From Octopus vulgaris (lineage: Eukaryota): a stretch of DNA of 64,000 nucleotides. The notes below the pieces were generated by a model, which saw nothing but the letters and a program-made list of their open reading frames with translations, was not told where the DNA came from and did no database searches. Location of the stretch: positions 176,390,001 through 176,454,000 of the forward strand of contig OX597815.1 of NCBI GenBank assembly GCA_951406725.2, written 5' to 3'. A program made the position numbers and the translations under genes. Of this stretch, positions 1 through 14,148 are shown in pieces. Within the stretch, counting starts at the first letter, position 1, and every line of letters begins with the position of its first letter.

Positions 1-14
1 CAAACCTTTTTCAG

Positions 15-18
15 ACAC

Positions 19-108
<90 letters not shown>
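15..108. repeat. (CA)n microsatellite
   Basis: Near-perfect CA run; one of dozens of simple repeats in the window. Confidence 0.97.
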
Positions 109-110
<2 letters not shown>

Positions 111-118
111 TTAAATAT

Positions 119-750
<632 letters not shown>

Positions 751-774
751 TCATTTAATGATGTATATGTATAT

Positions 775-996
775 GCTGGCAGAAACGTTAGCACGCCGGG
801 CGAAATGCGTAGCCGTATTTCGTCTGCTGTTACGTCCTGAGTTCAAATTCCGCCGAGGTCGACTTTGCCTTTCATCCTTTCGGGGTCGATTAAATAAGTA
901 CCAGTTACCCACTGGGGTCGATGTAATCGACTTAATCCGTTTGTCTGTCCTTGTTTGTCCCCTCTGTGTTTACCCCTTGTGGGTAGTAAAGAAATA
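775..996 (+). mobile_element. tRNA-derived SINE, family A
   Basis: GCTGGCAGAAACGTTAGC (A-box-like), GAGTTCAAATTCC (B-box) and core GACTTTGCCTTTCATCCTTTCGGGGTCGAT; same sequence recurs at 10.2, 10.8, 18.0, 21.6 and 37.6 kb. Confidence 0.9.
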
Positions 997-1009
997 ATAT
1001 ATATATATG

Positions 1010-1070
<61 letters not shown>

Positions 1071-1127
1071 GGTGCAGTGAATAAACTGTCGTCGAAAATA
1101 ACATTGACATCTCATTTTAACAGATAT

Positions 1128-1361
1128 ACTCCTTTACTCTTTTACTTGTGTTAGTCATTTCACTGCGGCCATGGTGCAGCACCGCCTTTAGTTGAAGAAA
1201 TCGACCGCAGGACTTATTCTTTTTGTAAGCCTAGTACTTATTCTATCGGTCTCTTCTGCCAAACCGCTAAGGTACGGGGACGTAAACACACCAGCATCGA
1301 TTGTCAAGCGATGTTGGGGGACAAATGCAGACACAAACATACACACACACACACACACACG

Positions 1362-1395
<34 letters not shown>

Positions 1396-1590
1396 CACAC
1401 ATATATGTATACACATACATATATACGACGGGTTTCTTTCAGTTTCTGTCTGCCAAATCCAGTCACAAGGCTTTGGTCGGCCCGAGGCTATATTAGAAGA
1501 TACTTGCCCAAGGTGCCAAGCAGTGGGATTGAACCCAGAACCATGTGGTTGGTAAAGAAGCTACTTACCACAAAGCCACTCCTGCGCCTA
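1128..1590 (-). mobile_element. tRNA-derived SINE, family B (internal TA/TG microsatellite)
   Basis: Reverse complement starts AGGCGCAGGAGTGGCTTTGTGGTAAG, contains GGTTCAATCCC and CTTGGGCAAGT, and ends in an AAAAGAGT-type tail; copies at 28.0, 30.5, 49.2, 56.5, 58.6 and 60.5 kb. Confidence 0.92.
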
Positions 1591-1593
1591 TAT

Positions 1594-1990
1594 TTATGAA
1601 AATAGCATAAGAATATCTTGAAATACTAAGAAGTAAATGTATTCAATAAAATCGCAATTGGATTCAACCACCGCCTTCAGACGACTTCGGAATCTCTTGC
1701 AACTCTTCTGGACGGTCTTCTCGTTTAATTTGGTGAATGCTGCTATAATCCTTGCCTTCAGTTCATCTTTGGTGTTACAAGTAGTTTTGTTGATCTCTCG
1801 CTCAACTGCGCCCCACACATAATACTTAAGGGGGTTGCAGCCTGGGGAGTTAGATGGACAAATGTTAGGGGTGATGTGGTCGCAGAAATTATCTGACAAC
1901 CATGACTAGGTTCTCCTGCTTGTGTTGCATGGTGCAGAGTCCCGTTGCTAGACATAGGGTCTTCTAGCAGCCACCTGTTTTGAGCCAAGG
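1594..1990 (-). pseudogene. Tc1/mariner (maT/DD37D-like) transposase C-terminal remnant
   Basis: ORF 1594-1899 has ICPSNSPGCNPLKYYVWGAVER (consensus WPPNSPDLNPLDY.VWG) and FRSRLKAVVESNCDFIE. Probable 3' TIR near 1064-1085, separated by the SINE B insertion. Confidence 0.85.
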
Positions 1991-2349
1991 CAGCACTATT
2001 AAATTTAAGAAGACGGATGGAGACAACTGAAGTCGATGAGAGAAATGTGCAGAATGAATATAGAATTTAGGCTGCTTTTTATTTTAACTAAAAGATGTTA
2101 AATTCCACACAGTATACTATTATCACTCAAAGAATTATTCGTATTCTTTTATTGGTAAGTGCACTGCACTCAAAGCCCACCTTCCTGTATAGTTCACAAA
2201 TGCAAGTATATAGTTCCGTTATTGTGGGGAAAACACCGTCCGATATAATCGCGTGCTATGCAGGGTAAATTCTGTCCCTCATTTACTTAATGTTCGCACA
2301 TGCATATACACGCACATATATATATTTAATACCCGTACGCGCACATATA

Positions 2350-3094
2350 CATGGTCTGATCAACAAGTATTTGGACTGTTGCCATAGTAACGAAGCTAAA
2401 GCACGCAGAGTTATGCTGCCGGGCACAGATTGACCTGGAACTCAGTAGTGCATGCGCACAAAGTTTTAACGTTCTAGCTCACTTGAATCCTTGAGCCGAG
2501 AATCTACATCAAATTTTACCAAAAGTTTCGTGATACCAGCTCAGAGGCCTACGCAAAGTTTTCAAAAAGTTTTCATCATTTTGTACAATTGAAACCCAAG
2601 CGTCTTTTTGGTCAGCTGAAAGCAGTTTTGGCACAAAGTTAGCAGACATGTGTCTCATACCCAAATCTTCAGTGATAATGGACTGCACTGAACCGTAATT
2701 AATCTGCACATCCTCTTATAACTCACGGATGGTTATTCCACGATCTCTCCTCACACCTGCACGCACATCTGCGATGTTTTTCTCAGTTCTGTTGATTGCG
2801 GGTCTCCCAGGACGTTCGTCAATATCGACATTTTGTCGGCTATCTTGGAAACGTCTGAACCACTCGTACACTTATATGCAGCTCATACACTCCTCTCCGT
2901 ACACTTTCTGCAACTTAGCGTAGATCTCTGAGCAGGTATCGTCATGACAGCTTTCTCTGTCATGGTCAATGCTACGATCACACTAGAACGTTAAAACTAA
3001 GCACGTTCAAGGTCAATCTGCTCAGCGGTTTTACTCTGCGTGCTTTAGCTTCGTTACTATGGTTACAGTCCAGATACCTATTGATCACACCTCA
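2350..3094 (-). mobile_element. Non-autonomous mariner element (HTH-only remnant, long inverted termini, TA flanks)
   Basis: TA|CATGGTCTGATCAACAAGTATTTGGACTGT ... ACAGTCCAGATACCTATTGATCACACCTCA|TA; internal QINYGSVQSIITEDLGMRHMSANFVPKLLS is the mariner HTH/WVPHEL region; homologous to 14866-15749. Confidence 0.9.
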
Positions 3095-3693
3095 TAAATA
3101 TCTATTAATTTTCGTTCAGTTTTCCCCTGACTAATACCGCTCCCAAGGTCTTGTTAAATGCGATGCTGTTGTAGACGATACTTTCTCAAGTTTCCTCTCA
3201 ATACGGGCAAACATATAATCACGTGGTTGTTGATCATCTTAATAGCAGACCGCTGCCTATTTCTATTTTTTGCTTGTTATGGTTTAGTGAAGTGAAAGCG
3301 GCAGGGGTCATGACTTTGGTAGGCTGGGTGTACAAGGCATCAATCACTGAATTGAAGAGGATACAGTCTGTTTTGCTCGAACATGTGAGTTCAAATGTCT
3401 AAGCGGCTGAAAGTGGATTCTAGAAGCTTCTCATTCTAGGATTGAAGAATTGCATTAAGTGGTTCGTGTGAGACACAGTTTGCAGGACACAATATGGCCG
3501 ACGCGTTGACTATAATAGTTGAGGAGATGATGTTGTAGCAGTGTGAAAAGTAGACGGAAATGAAGAGAAAGCGTCTCTGTGAACCAGAGATGAACGAGAT
3601 TTAGACAACCAGTAAGATTACGAATTTTTGAGACAGTCTTGAATGGTTGTGTGCGTAATTTAAATAACCTCACTGATGCAGAAGCAATATTTA

Positions 3694-4005
3694 ATTTCGA
3701 GTTTTTCTTGATGTTGTTGAGAGTCAGATACTGATCGCAGATGAAATATTTTGTGACCCAGACGACGTTTTGGCTGCACGTTTTTGCGGCGTCTCAAGTG
3801 TGATAGTCACGAAATTATTGAACGAGTTTCAGTAGAGTGTGGCTTTCATGGCGGAACATCGACCCTGCAATACTTGACTGGAAATTATTTCATCGATTTC
3901 AGAATGAGATTTTTATCCTGTGTCGAAACGAATACAAAACAAATATGAAACTATTGTATACTAATTGACAATCGTACTTTTATTTTGTCTTTGAAATGGA
4001 GAGCA
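3694..4005 (+). repeat. Dispersed direct duplication, copy 1 (partner 11691-12003)
   Basis: About 312 bp ATTTCGAGTTTTTCTTGATG...GAAATGGAGAGCA repeated 8 kb downstream with few substitutions. Confidence 0.95.
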
Positions 4006-7000
4006 GTGTAAGCACAAGTCATGTAATGGTGCAATGCACTGTCGCATCTCGTCACCTCTTCAAATGTGCACTTTGTCGAAGTGGAGTTAATTAAAACATC
4101 GTTATTTATCCGTCCATAACGTTGGAATTCGGAACTGGAAATCCTAATCTCATTAAACATTGGTGAGCGGCGGATGTTGGGAAGCTGCCACAACAGGGGA
4201 TCAAATGCGCAGCGCATAAACGGATCGACTTCTAGCTTAATTATGCAACACCTCGATCTTACCTTATTAATGCATTAAAATACTGGAGAATATTCTTCAT
4301 TGCATTCCTCTATTTAAGAATGTTAATCCCTGGAGATGCATATTGAATATATATAATGGTGCTGCCTAATATCTACAGATGTCTCTTGCAAAGTCTGATA
4401 CTTTGCTTCTTTATGCATCATTTCAAATATTTTCCTAATTCATTTGCATAAGAATCTACACACTTATATCCAAAGCAAAATAATTCGGTTCATTCGGTTC
4501 CTTTGACTACTCATGCATTTTGCTTTATTATAAAACATGCAAAAATGTTATCTGTCCATATTTTTGATTAATCCCATCTCCACCTCAATAAACTTCGCAT
4601 TGCACTTCGATGTAATGCTGAAAATATTGGTACTTGAATTCCAATTCGCGCTGGATTCAACAGATATCCTCCATGCCTTAGAAAGACAACAGCAACAACA
4701 TTTTAGGAATGATAATCACAGTGGAGAAATAAGCATACAGGGAGCTGATAATTGATCTTTTTAAAGATGTTATTCGTAGACACTTTCATAACAAAGAGAT
4801 AATGTGATGGCATTACCATTTTCTATACTTTATAAATTTGTATTAATGTATGAGATCGATAATGGCGAAACATGTGAATTGCTAACATTTAATTTCAATT
4901 GCATTTTTATACTCTTCAGAATAGTAAATATGTCCCCACATCTTAACACTTTCCTTTTGAATTTCCAATCTTGTGTTGAGAAATAAATAAAAATATTTTC
5001 CGTTAATCCCCTATTATACAGAAAAACTGTATTATAGGGGATTAAATTTTAGATAAGAATCTGGAGCAATGAAACTATAGACACCAATGCATTTAGTCCA
5101 GTGTTCTACTGTCTTGATCCTGAACTGAACAAACATAAGACATTGTGCTATCTTCGTCTAGCCGCACAAGTTCTGCTCTTTTAAAGTCTGAAATAAGAGG
5201 TTGTGATGCTGTTGCTCTTGTTGATGAAATTAGCTTAGATATATTTCATCTGAGTTTCTGTAATAAATCTATTCTGCGATTCAGTATTTTGTCACGTCAG
5301 CCAAAAATTGACTAATTTGTTTTCTTTTATGAAAAAGAGATTTTTAGAATTTGGTCAAAACAGCTCGCGGATGTGCTGAAGTCGACATAAACCTATCCAA
5401 TCAGATTTGGCGTTGGCAAATCAATGATGTAAAGCGGGCGAAATTGAAGAAACAACAAGAACACTGTATACAGCAATTTCATTCTACTTCAACTGGCCAG
5501 ACGGTCAGTAATCAGCGAGTTAATGCCTGCTAGGTAGTGAGATATCTGTGAGAAAAGATGCTATTGACGAGTAGAAGCTGACAGAGTCATATGCGATCAG
5601 GCATGATTGCAAATGAAATTCTTTTTCAAAAGGCAAACAAAACTTATGCCATAAGAATAATTTCGACTGATTCTGTTTTGACAACCTGACTGTCAGCAAC
5701 TTTACGTTAACTAAACACTATTAAATTAACACTGATCACCAAACAGAAAAGTCCTTTCTTGATATAATAAAGAAACCACAACAAAACACATCGTATATAT
5801 ATGATATTGTGAAGTGAATTGTTTTTCTCTTCTTCCTTTTCTTTTAGCGGACCGTCGGCTCTGGTATTTCCTTCTAAAGTAACCATAAATAAAAGATGAA
5901 GAACTGATTGTGGCTCATATTCTTTACATCAACTCTAGAGTTGCAGTTCATTTCTCTTTAAACAAAACAGGATCAATGTTTTGTATTCTTAGTAGAAATC
6001 TCGTTTTACTGAATGCAAAGCTGCAACTCACAAAAACTAAAATGTTTTTATAGATTTATAGATTGTTGTCCCTCTAGTTCTGAGCTCATAACCAATCCAA
6101 CTAAACTTAGTGATCGATAAAATTAGTATTAATGTACATCGGCCGTGTTTGCGTGAAACGACATCTTTCCCAGAAATATTTTTGCGAATAGAGTGAAACG
6201 TCGTAAGAAATTAGTCTATTAGTTTCCGCCCAACAGGTATTTTCGACTGCATATTTATAAAGGAAAGAAATGGAAGCGTGATATTGAAGCGTGATAAAAT
6301 GCGATAAAGCATTACTGGTGTACATGAAATTGTTTTAAGCGGTCGCCTATGTTGAGAAGTGAAAATGTTAGGAATAGATTTCATTTTCATTTGGTCATTG
6401 ATCCTTCTAGACAGATGTGGATAATTATATATGCAGAACCTCTTTAGAAATATTCGTGAAATCATCCCTACTTGCCAAGAAGCAGAAATCCCATTAATCT
6501 ATTTTGTCCTCGATTTGAATACATATAATTCTTTGTAAAGAGAGAACAAATATCTCACCAATTAACGCAAACATAATACCTAAAGTGAAGTGTAAAAATT
6601 CTTGGTAATACCTGTCAGTATTCTTAATTATGTTCATCTGTAAACCTTTACTTCAAGAATCGAAAGACGATTTCAGCGAGTCTACTATTTTCGGTAGACT
6701 TAACTCACTAAATCTTTTTATTTCAATTGTATAGTCTGTTTTAAGAAACACTTCTTTATATAAGCGGGATTATTTCTCGTTGCTGCCTTATTTGCTGTCC
6801 GAGCTTAAACAAGCTCCATAATCTACAACACACCACTTCTTCTGTTTCTTCTCCTCACGCTTATCTCACCGCAAATATAAAAGACTGCTCAATTATGCCT
6901 TGACATTGATGTTCCCCGCATATGTTTTTCCTGCAGATATTAATCTATATAATTACGTATTGAACATTGTTCTGAATTATATAGAAAAAGAAAAAATTCG

Positions 7001-7411
7001 ATCAACTGATGTTATCCTCACAATTAATCGACAACACTCTCTGAAGGATGCTCAAAACCTAAAAATACCCCCCCCCCCAGAAAGTAAGGAAGGGAACTTG
7101 CCAATAGATGAAAGCATTGAATATGAACTAGAATCATTAGATCTCCTCGGTCAAGTATATTCTAGTCAGTTAACAACACACACACATACACAAACACACA
7201 CATACACATGTATACCTGCATATATATTATATTATTTTACACGTTTCAACCCTTAAACTTGTGGCCAAGCTGGAGCACTGCCAGTGAAAATGGCAATGGT
7301 GGGATTCGAAAGCATACCTCCGAAGAGACGTGTGCCTTAAACCAGCCCCTTAAACCGCTCAGCTATATATATATATATAATCAAAATAAGCAACAAGGAT
7401 ATCCAGAGGTA

Positions 7412-7501
7412 ATGCAGTACGATCGTTTCATGGGACTCCATTTAATTAAACAATGCAAGTATTACATCAGTTTTAAACTGTAGAGCAATCTTCAGGTGCA
7501 T
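7412..7501 (-). ncRNA. Hammerhead-ribozyme-like motif (type I, long stem II) in a (TA)n-flanked module
   Basis: Minus strand: ATGCAC-CTGAAGA-(58 nt)-GAAAC-GATC-GTA-CTGCAT; stem I ATGCA/TGCAT with one mismatch; palindromic stem III. Confidence 0.55.
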
Positions 7502-7555
7502 ACAAATATAGAATTTAGTTAAATTTAAAGGATTCATTTTTATAGATATTCCATA

Positions 7556-7598
<43 letters not shown>

Positions 7599-10057
7599 TA
7601 CACACACGTACACACACACACACACACAGGTATAGGCAAATGTAGAGAGACAGGAAGATAGACTAATAGATAGAGATGCAAAATGTGTAGTCAAGAGTAA
7701 CATTGAATCATGTTAGAATGAAAAGTCCTTTTTTCGCTTGTATTTGAATATCGTGAGAAAATACTGGACTTTTGATAACACGTGAGAATGAGAGTGTCTT
7801 TATTATTTGAACTATTTCTGATAACATCAAAGATAATTCGGTGGATAAATAGCGAGAAAGAAAGAAAGACAGGAAGGAAGGAAGGAAGGACAACATACCT
7901 CGGTATGAAAAAGGGAGTAAGTAGTTGTGTGTATTTGTACGAGAAAGAGAAGACGAAAATAAATGAAAAAAACGCGCGAGTGTTTAAGAGTCGATATTGT
8001 ATGTGACACATAGTGAGATCTAGAATGATGAATGGTTAGGAGGAAAACGTAAATGTCATTAAGAAATAATGGTAGAAAAATAAAGAAACGTCTTCAGGCA
8101 ACATTTTTGTATTTCAACGCTAAGGGAAGTAACCCTGGATGAGTCATTGTGGTAGTGTTGACGTTATTTCTTATTCAAAGGTTATTTCCTATTTAAATTT
8201 GAAAGCCGAGTCGACGGAGAAGAGTTCCAATATTATGAAATTTTCAAACATGCTCTCATACACACAATAAATTCCATGAAAGTAAATATTCCAGTGCAAA
8301 CAAGAAAGTATAAGGTAATGAAGTTTGCACTCAAAATAGTAGATAGAATCCCGCCGCCCGTTGCCCGGCACTCGTCCCATTCAAGCACCAAAGGAATTTC
8401 ACTTGTGACCCCATGTAAGTTAAACAACTCTGCGAAAACAAACTTAGTGAAAGAAAGAAAACACTTGTTCCAATTACTTTCAGAGCTGGAACAGTTAAGG
8501 AATAATAGCTTGAGCAGCCTGAATAGAAGAAATCAAATTCTTTTTGTCTACAGAAGGCAAAATATTTACTATTTGACGTCCAAAATAGAGGTCCGGCATA
8601 ATATATTTCAATGAAAAGTTTCTAACGTAACATATTCTTTGTTTTCGCTTTCATTTTCCGTATGCTTTATTTGTTTTGTCTGTCTTTCTTCTCATTGTCG
8701 TGTTGTTGGCTGTTTTATAAATGGAGAGCGATTTCTCACTTGATAAGTCAGTTTTATCAATATTATTTTCTCTCACTCTTTATTATTTGCTTTCTTATTT
8801 TCCATCGCTTTACTTTCTTTTATGATGTTGTAGTTTGTATTGTTTCAACATGAATGATGCAATAATAATAGCTAAATTAAACCATTATTTGTTTCTAATC
8901 AAAATCAAATAAATTTATTTATGAATTATTTGTTTTATTGCAATTCACTTTTGTTTTTTATTCAATTGGTTTTTAGTTTTGCATATTCATTCAAATATTA
9001 ATTTTCTTATTTACACACATACAGCCAATTGAATGCTTTCTTTTAAATTTTTGTCACCGTTCTCAGAATTTTTCTTATTGACTTCTTCCTTCACCATTAC
9101 TGAAATACCATAATAGTAATTATAATTCACATATATGGTTCATTACCCTTCAGACATCTTGCTTCCACAGTGCGGAATTCCCTTCTGTAGGTTACTACAA
9201 TGACATTCATAAATTCCGACACTACTCTCCATTCCACAGATGACAAGCAAATTTGATTCTAAGTTCAAGTCTCTTTTGGTTCACACTACCAAATCTTTAT
9301 CTTTCTGTTATTTACACAACCATTGTTTATAAGATAAGCAAGAAGCTGTAAACGCCCTTCGCATTCAATGAGCGACTATTCTCTATTAAATCTGTTGAGA
9401 TTTTTTTCTACGCTTTGAACTTCGGTTTTCCCTTCACTCATTATCCCTTTTATCCATCATGAAGCATTCTTTACTTCACTCTACGATCCCCTAATTATTT
9501 CTGTCGCATTATTATACTTACGTTGAACGCTAACAAGTTAGTACATCATGGATTTAACCCCAAACCCTCGACCGCCAACCCCCAATGACACCCTATTTCC
9601 TTAAATGCATCACCACCGTAGCTTTTAGAGTTTTAGAGTTCAAGCAACGATGTTCAAGATTTGGTAACTTTACCAGGAATATTGTGCAAGGGATAATTTG
9701 TATACCGTTAGATTATATTCCGACAATGCATAGCCTTCCTGCTGTCAGCATAGTTCCATTGTTAAAGACTGGTCAACGTGGGGCTAATACCAGGAGAAAT
9801 CACAACCTGGCTGCACTCGATATCCAAAATATATCAAATGATAGATTTCTTTTAATAATTTTTGGGAATGATTAACTGCAGTTAACGTCTCAACGCAAAA
9901 ATCAATAATTTTTCTCGGACAAATCTTATACAGAAAGACGCTACATTGTTTTATTATTCCATGTTCCTGGTGATTATATTAAAATAACATTCATAATAGA
10001 CCGTATGTATGAATGTATGTATGTATGTTCAGATGCATACATACATATATATATATG

Positions 10058-10106
<49 letters not shown>

Positions 10107-10149
10107 GTGTGTCTATATATACTTACATATTTGTATGCATAGTATATAG

Positions 10150-10362
10150 GTTTTAAATTTTGGCACAAGGTCAGCAATATCGGGGGAAGTAGGCAATTCG
10201 ATTATATCAACGCCACTGCTCAAATTGGACTTATTTTACTGTTGCCGAAAGGATGAAAGGCAAAGTTGACCTCGGTAGAATTTGAAAACAGAACGTAAAG
10301 ACAGACAAAATGCCGCTCAGCCTTTCCATGGCATGCTACGATGCTGTCAGCCTGTCGCCGCC
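10150..10362 (-). mobile_element. SINE family A (diverged); most of it duplicated at about 10765-10940
   Basis: CCGAAAGGATGAAAGGCAAAGTTGACCTCGGTAGAATTTGAA is the reverse complement of the family A core. Confidence 0.85.
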
Positions 10363-11341
10363 TTATATACTCTGTGTATTATATGATATATATGCAATGG
10401 AACTATTTGTACTATTCAAATGAAATTTATTTCTCACTGGATGGAGTGATTGTTCTGTTGATCCTTTATAAATATATCGAAATATATTTCTATATATCTC
10501 AAAAAATATTAATCCAAACTTGTTTATGTCTAAGGGAATCTTTCGCTATTCTAACATACAACAATAATATATATGTGTATATAATTAATTATCAGGGTCT
10601 TGCTTTATCCAGAACTGTAATAAAACGTGTAAAAAATATACAAATGTTAATTATATCTTTAATATGTAATAACTCTTCTATTTATTTAAAGCTATTGATA
10701 TAAAAAACAATATTGTTTACAGTAATTAATTGGAATGTTCTGTAATTATTGTTTATCGGAGGGAGGTAGGTAATTTAATTATATCAACGTCACTGCTCAA
10801 ATTGGACTTATTTTACTGTTGCCGAAAGGATGAAAGGCAAAGTTGACCTCGGTAGAATTTGAAAACAGAACGTAAAGGCAGACGAAATGCCGCTCAGCCT
10901 TTCCATGGCATGCTACGATGCTGCCAGCCTGTCGCCGCCTTATATACTCTGTGTATTATATGATATATATGCAATGGAACTATTTGTAGTATTCAAATGA
11001 GATTTATTTCTCACTGGATGGAGTGATTGTTCTGTTGATCCTTTATAAATATATCGAAATATATTTCTATATATCTCAAAAAATATTAATCCAAACTTGT
11101 TTATGTCTAAGGGAATATTTCGCTATTCTAACATACAACAATAATATATATGTGTATATAATTAATTATCAGGGTCTTGCTTTATCCAGAACTGTAATAA
11201 AACGTGTAAAAAATATACAAATGTTAATTATATCTTTAATATGTAATAACTCTTCTATTTATTTAAAGCTATTGATATAAAAAACAATATTGTTTACAGT
11301 AATTAATTGGAATGTTCTGTAATTATTGTTTATCGGAGGGA
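10187..11341 (+). repeat. Tandem duplication, 577-bp unit x2
   Basis: ATATCAACG at 10204 and 10781; both units end TTATCGGAGGGA (10764 and 11341); only a handful of differences. It also duplicates the spurious ORFs 10341-10703 and 11023-11280. Confidence 0.95.
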
Positions 11342-11690
11342 TAATTCCGTAATAATTATGAATAGAAACCTAAAAAAAAAATTTTCTTTGTTTACTTAAT
11401 TTATCGTAGGGAGAATTCTGTAATAAATATGAAGATAAACATATGGCTGTAAACATTATAACCTAAATACCCCATAGCTACAGAGTTAGGCGATAATAAT
11501 GGATATAAACATAATACTATTTTCTTTTAGAAGTAACCGGATTTGGAGTTACTTAAATAAAGATTATCATTCGTATATTATGGAAGGGAGAACTCTGTAA
11601 ATAAGTACAAATTAAGTAATATAACAAAACAAGTATTAAGGATTGCTCATACACATACCGTTATATATACATACATACATACATACATAC

Positions 11691-12003
11691 ATTTCGAGTT
11701 TTTCTTGATGTTGTCGAGAGTCAGATACTGATCGCAGATGAAATATTTTGTGACCCAGACGACGTTTTGACTGCACGTTTTTGCGGCGTCTCAAGTGTGA
11801 CAGTCACGAAATTATTGAACGAGTTTCAGTAGAGTTTGGCTTTCATGGTGGAATATCGACCCTGCAATACTTGACTGGAAATTATTTCATCGATTTCAGA
11901 ATGAGATTTTTTATTCTGTGTCGAAACGAATACAAAACAAATATGAAACTATTGTATACTAATTGACAATCGTACTTTTATTTTGTCTTTGAAATGGAGA
12001 GCA
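11691..12003 (+). repeat. Dispersed direct duplication, copy 2
   Basis: Matches 3694-4005; bounded by (TACA)n on the left and a hammerhead-bearing TA-tailed module on the right. Confidence 0.95.
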
Positions 12004-12068
12004 TTCGTAAAAACCAGTCGCGTTTTTTTTCCTCCGTTCGCCCGCCTCGGGATCTTTCTTTCTCTTAT

Positions 12069-12103
12069 GTTTCCGACGAAGAGCTCCGCTCGAAACGTCA
12101 TAC
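12069..12103 (+). ncRNA. Degenerate minimal hammerhead-like motif
   Basis: GTTT-CCGACGA-A-GAGC-TCC-GCTC-GAAACGTC-ATAC; perfect stem II, U4>C change in the core. Confidence 0.5.
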
Positions 12104-12290
12104 CCTCCTTCTTCCATTTTTCCTGAGCGCCTAATAATAATACTTTAATTGTTCCACCTCCTTGTGTTGTTGTTTTTTCTGTTTTCTCGTTTGGATTAAC
12201 CTTATATATAAACATATATATATATATATATATATATTAATCCATATATATATATTCCCTACTATTATAATGTAAACCTTTTTGAACTCA

Positions 12291-12690
12291 TAATATTCTG
12301 TGCGTGTATACCAATATTCCACTGAACTTTTTAATAATTCCTTCTGGAAATTATCTTGAGAATGTATAATATATTTGTTGTAATCTTTTGTGCCCAATAT
12401 TTCAATGAACTTGTTAAACTTTTTTATGTTCTTAACATGCTCTTGTCACCAAAGAATGTATATATATATATTGTAGTACTCTGTGTCAACCAATATTCTG
12501 TGTGTGTTTGAATATACAGATACAATACCAATATCCCACTGAACGTTTTAATAATTCCTTCTGGAAACTATCTTTAACATGTTCTTGAGAATGTATATTT
12601 ATGTTGTAATCTTTTGTGCCCAATATTTTAAGGAACTTGTTAAACTTTTTTATGTTCTTAACATGTCCTTGTTACCAAAGACTGTATATA
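12291..12690 (+). repeat. Diverged tandem duplication (about 180-200 bp x2) inside a (TA)n-bounded module
   Basis: AATATTCTGTG...CCACTGAAC...TAATCTTTTGTGCCCAATATTT...GAACTTGTTAAACTTTTT occurs twice. Confidence 0.85.
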
Positions 12691-12744
12691 TGTAATGTAG
12701 CATTTTGTAACAATCAATAATTAACGCAACCAAACTTCTACATG

Positions 12745-12789
12745 TTACTTTTGACAATTTTTTTCCAAAGAGTGAAACCGGTAAAGTAA
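12745..12789 (+). ncRNA. Hammerhead-like motif with U3:A8 core (UUGACAA)
   Basis: TTACTT-TTGACAA-(stem II region)-GAAAC-CG-GTA-AAGTAA; perfect 6-bp stem I; about 40 nt upstream of a (TA)n tract. Confidence 0.6.
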
Positions 12790-12828
12790 ATAAACATCTT
12801 TTAAAATTGCATTTTCAAACCTTCTTTC

Positions 12829-12922
<94 letters not shown>

Positions 12923-13159
12923 ATATATCAGTAATAATCGTGATTGTTTCTTATTAGGAACAAGAGGGTTAATAGGATTGCAAGAGAAGTGCTGAAGTAA
13001 ATGAGACGAGTTTATTCTTTATTTACTTTTTCTTTTTTCGGGTTAAATAAATTTTGAATATTTGGACTGGTCTGAGCATGGTCTCTTAAAAAAGAAATCA
13101 TGCAATGTTGCATCGCTTTTCCCAAAGAAGTCTCGTCTTTGTATGTGGTGTTATTATTT

Positions 13160-13239
13160 TCCCCTGACGAAGGAGTCATTACCGTAATGCACCCTCGTGC
13201 ATTGAATACGTTGATGAACCCCTGAAATGGCCATAAGGA
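13160..13239 (+). ncRNA. Hammerhead-like motif with extended stem II
   Basis: TCCC-CTGACGA-A-GG..(about 50 nt incl. AATGCAC/GTGCATT hairpin)..CCT-GAAA-TGGCCA-TA-AGGA; palindromic stem III. Confidence 0.55.
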
Positions 13240-13339
13240 CTGTAAATACGTTTTTTTGTTTGCTTGGACACCGGCTGAAATTCATCCTACTGAACAACTA
13301 TTTCATGTTCGGAACAGTTTACTATCGACAAGAATGTGA

Positions 13340-13460
13340 AACTGAAGAACCGCTGCCATAAGTGTGAGTCTGAGAGGGGGATGTGTTGAATAAAATCGTA
13401 ATTAATTAATTAATCCTCTGATTCTTTTACTGAAAGCCAGGAACTTTTCAGCACCCCTTC
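13340..13460 (+). mobile_element. Mariner-derived MITE, 3' fragment
   Basis: Homologous to 19330-19433; ends in TIR-like CCAGGAACTTTTCAGCACCCC. Confidence 0.7.
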
Positions 13461-14148
13461 TTTAATATGAGGGATCTAATTCTAGAAACCTCGTAAAACA
13501 ACAAAAAACAAAAACAAAAAAGCTCATGGAGTAAAAAGAGGTCGAATTCAAAGGTGATCACCTACAAATCTTGGGACATTGATAGCTTTGTAAAAGCAAG
13601 TAACAAATTCCTACTTTATATCAAATTAATATTTATGCTTATCTAATTAATTATCTAAAACCATAAATAATTATGAAATATCAAAGCGATTTAGAAATAT
13701 ATCAAAATTGAATAAATTAATGGAATTAAGCAGTAAAAGTTTATTATTCTTAAACTTATATGTAAAAAAAGATTTATATTTTATATATTAAAAAAACCCT
13801 GAATATCTGCATTTGAATACGAATGGAGCAAATGAACCTTCAGAACGTTTTTAAGAAATATAAAAAAGTTTATGAAATTTGTGTTTTGCTTTGGTAAATC
13901 GCGATCGTATAAATTGTTTTCCATATTTGTTTAATGTTATGCATCTGTTGGTTTTTTTTTTATAGCGCTCTTCTCCTGATCATCATAATCGGCAGCAAGG
14001 AAGGAGCCAAACAAACTACTAGCTGACAACGTAGAAGACATGATTACATTGATAATACGAGGCATTGATTTTCATGTTGGCACCGAATGAATCTCGGGTC
14101 TGATCTATGTGAAGAGTCGAGCTGTGTTCCTCTAGAGTGTGAATATCC

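Noticed and set aside
775-996. tRNA-like A/B boxes here and in other SINE heads
   Set aside because: Parts of multi-copy SINEs with tails and TSDs; no complete cloverleaf, so not called tRNA genes.
5848-5899. Strong plus-strand acceptor followed by GPSALVFPSKVTINKR*
   Set aside because: Isolated; no supporting upstream exon seen.
8340-8375. Helentron/DINE-like subterminal motif (CCCG..GTTGCCCGG; similar at 54340 and 63190)
   Set aside because: Short and degenerate, with no matching opposite ends identified.
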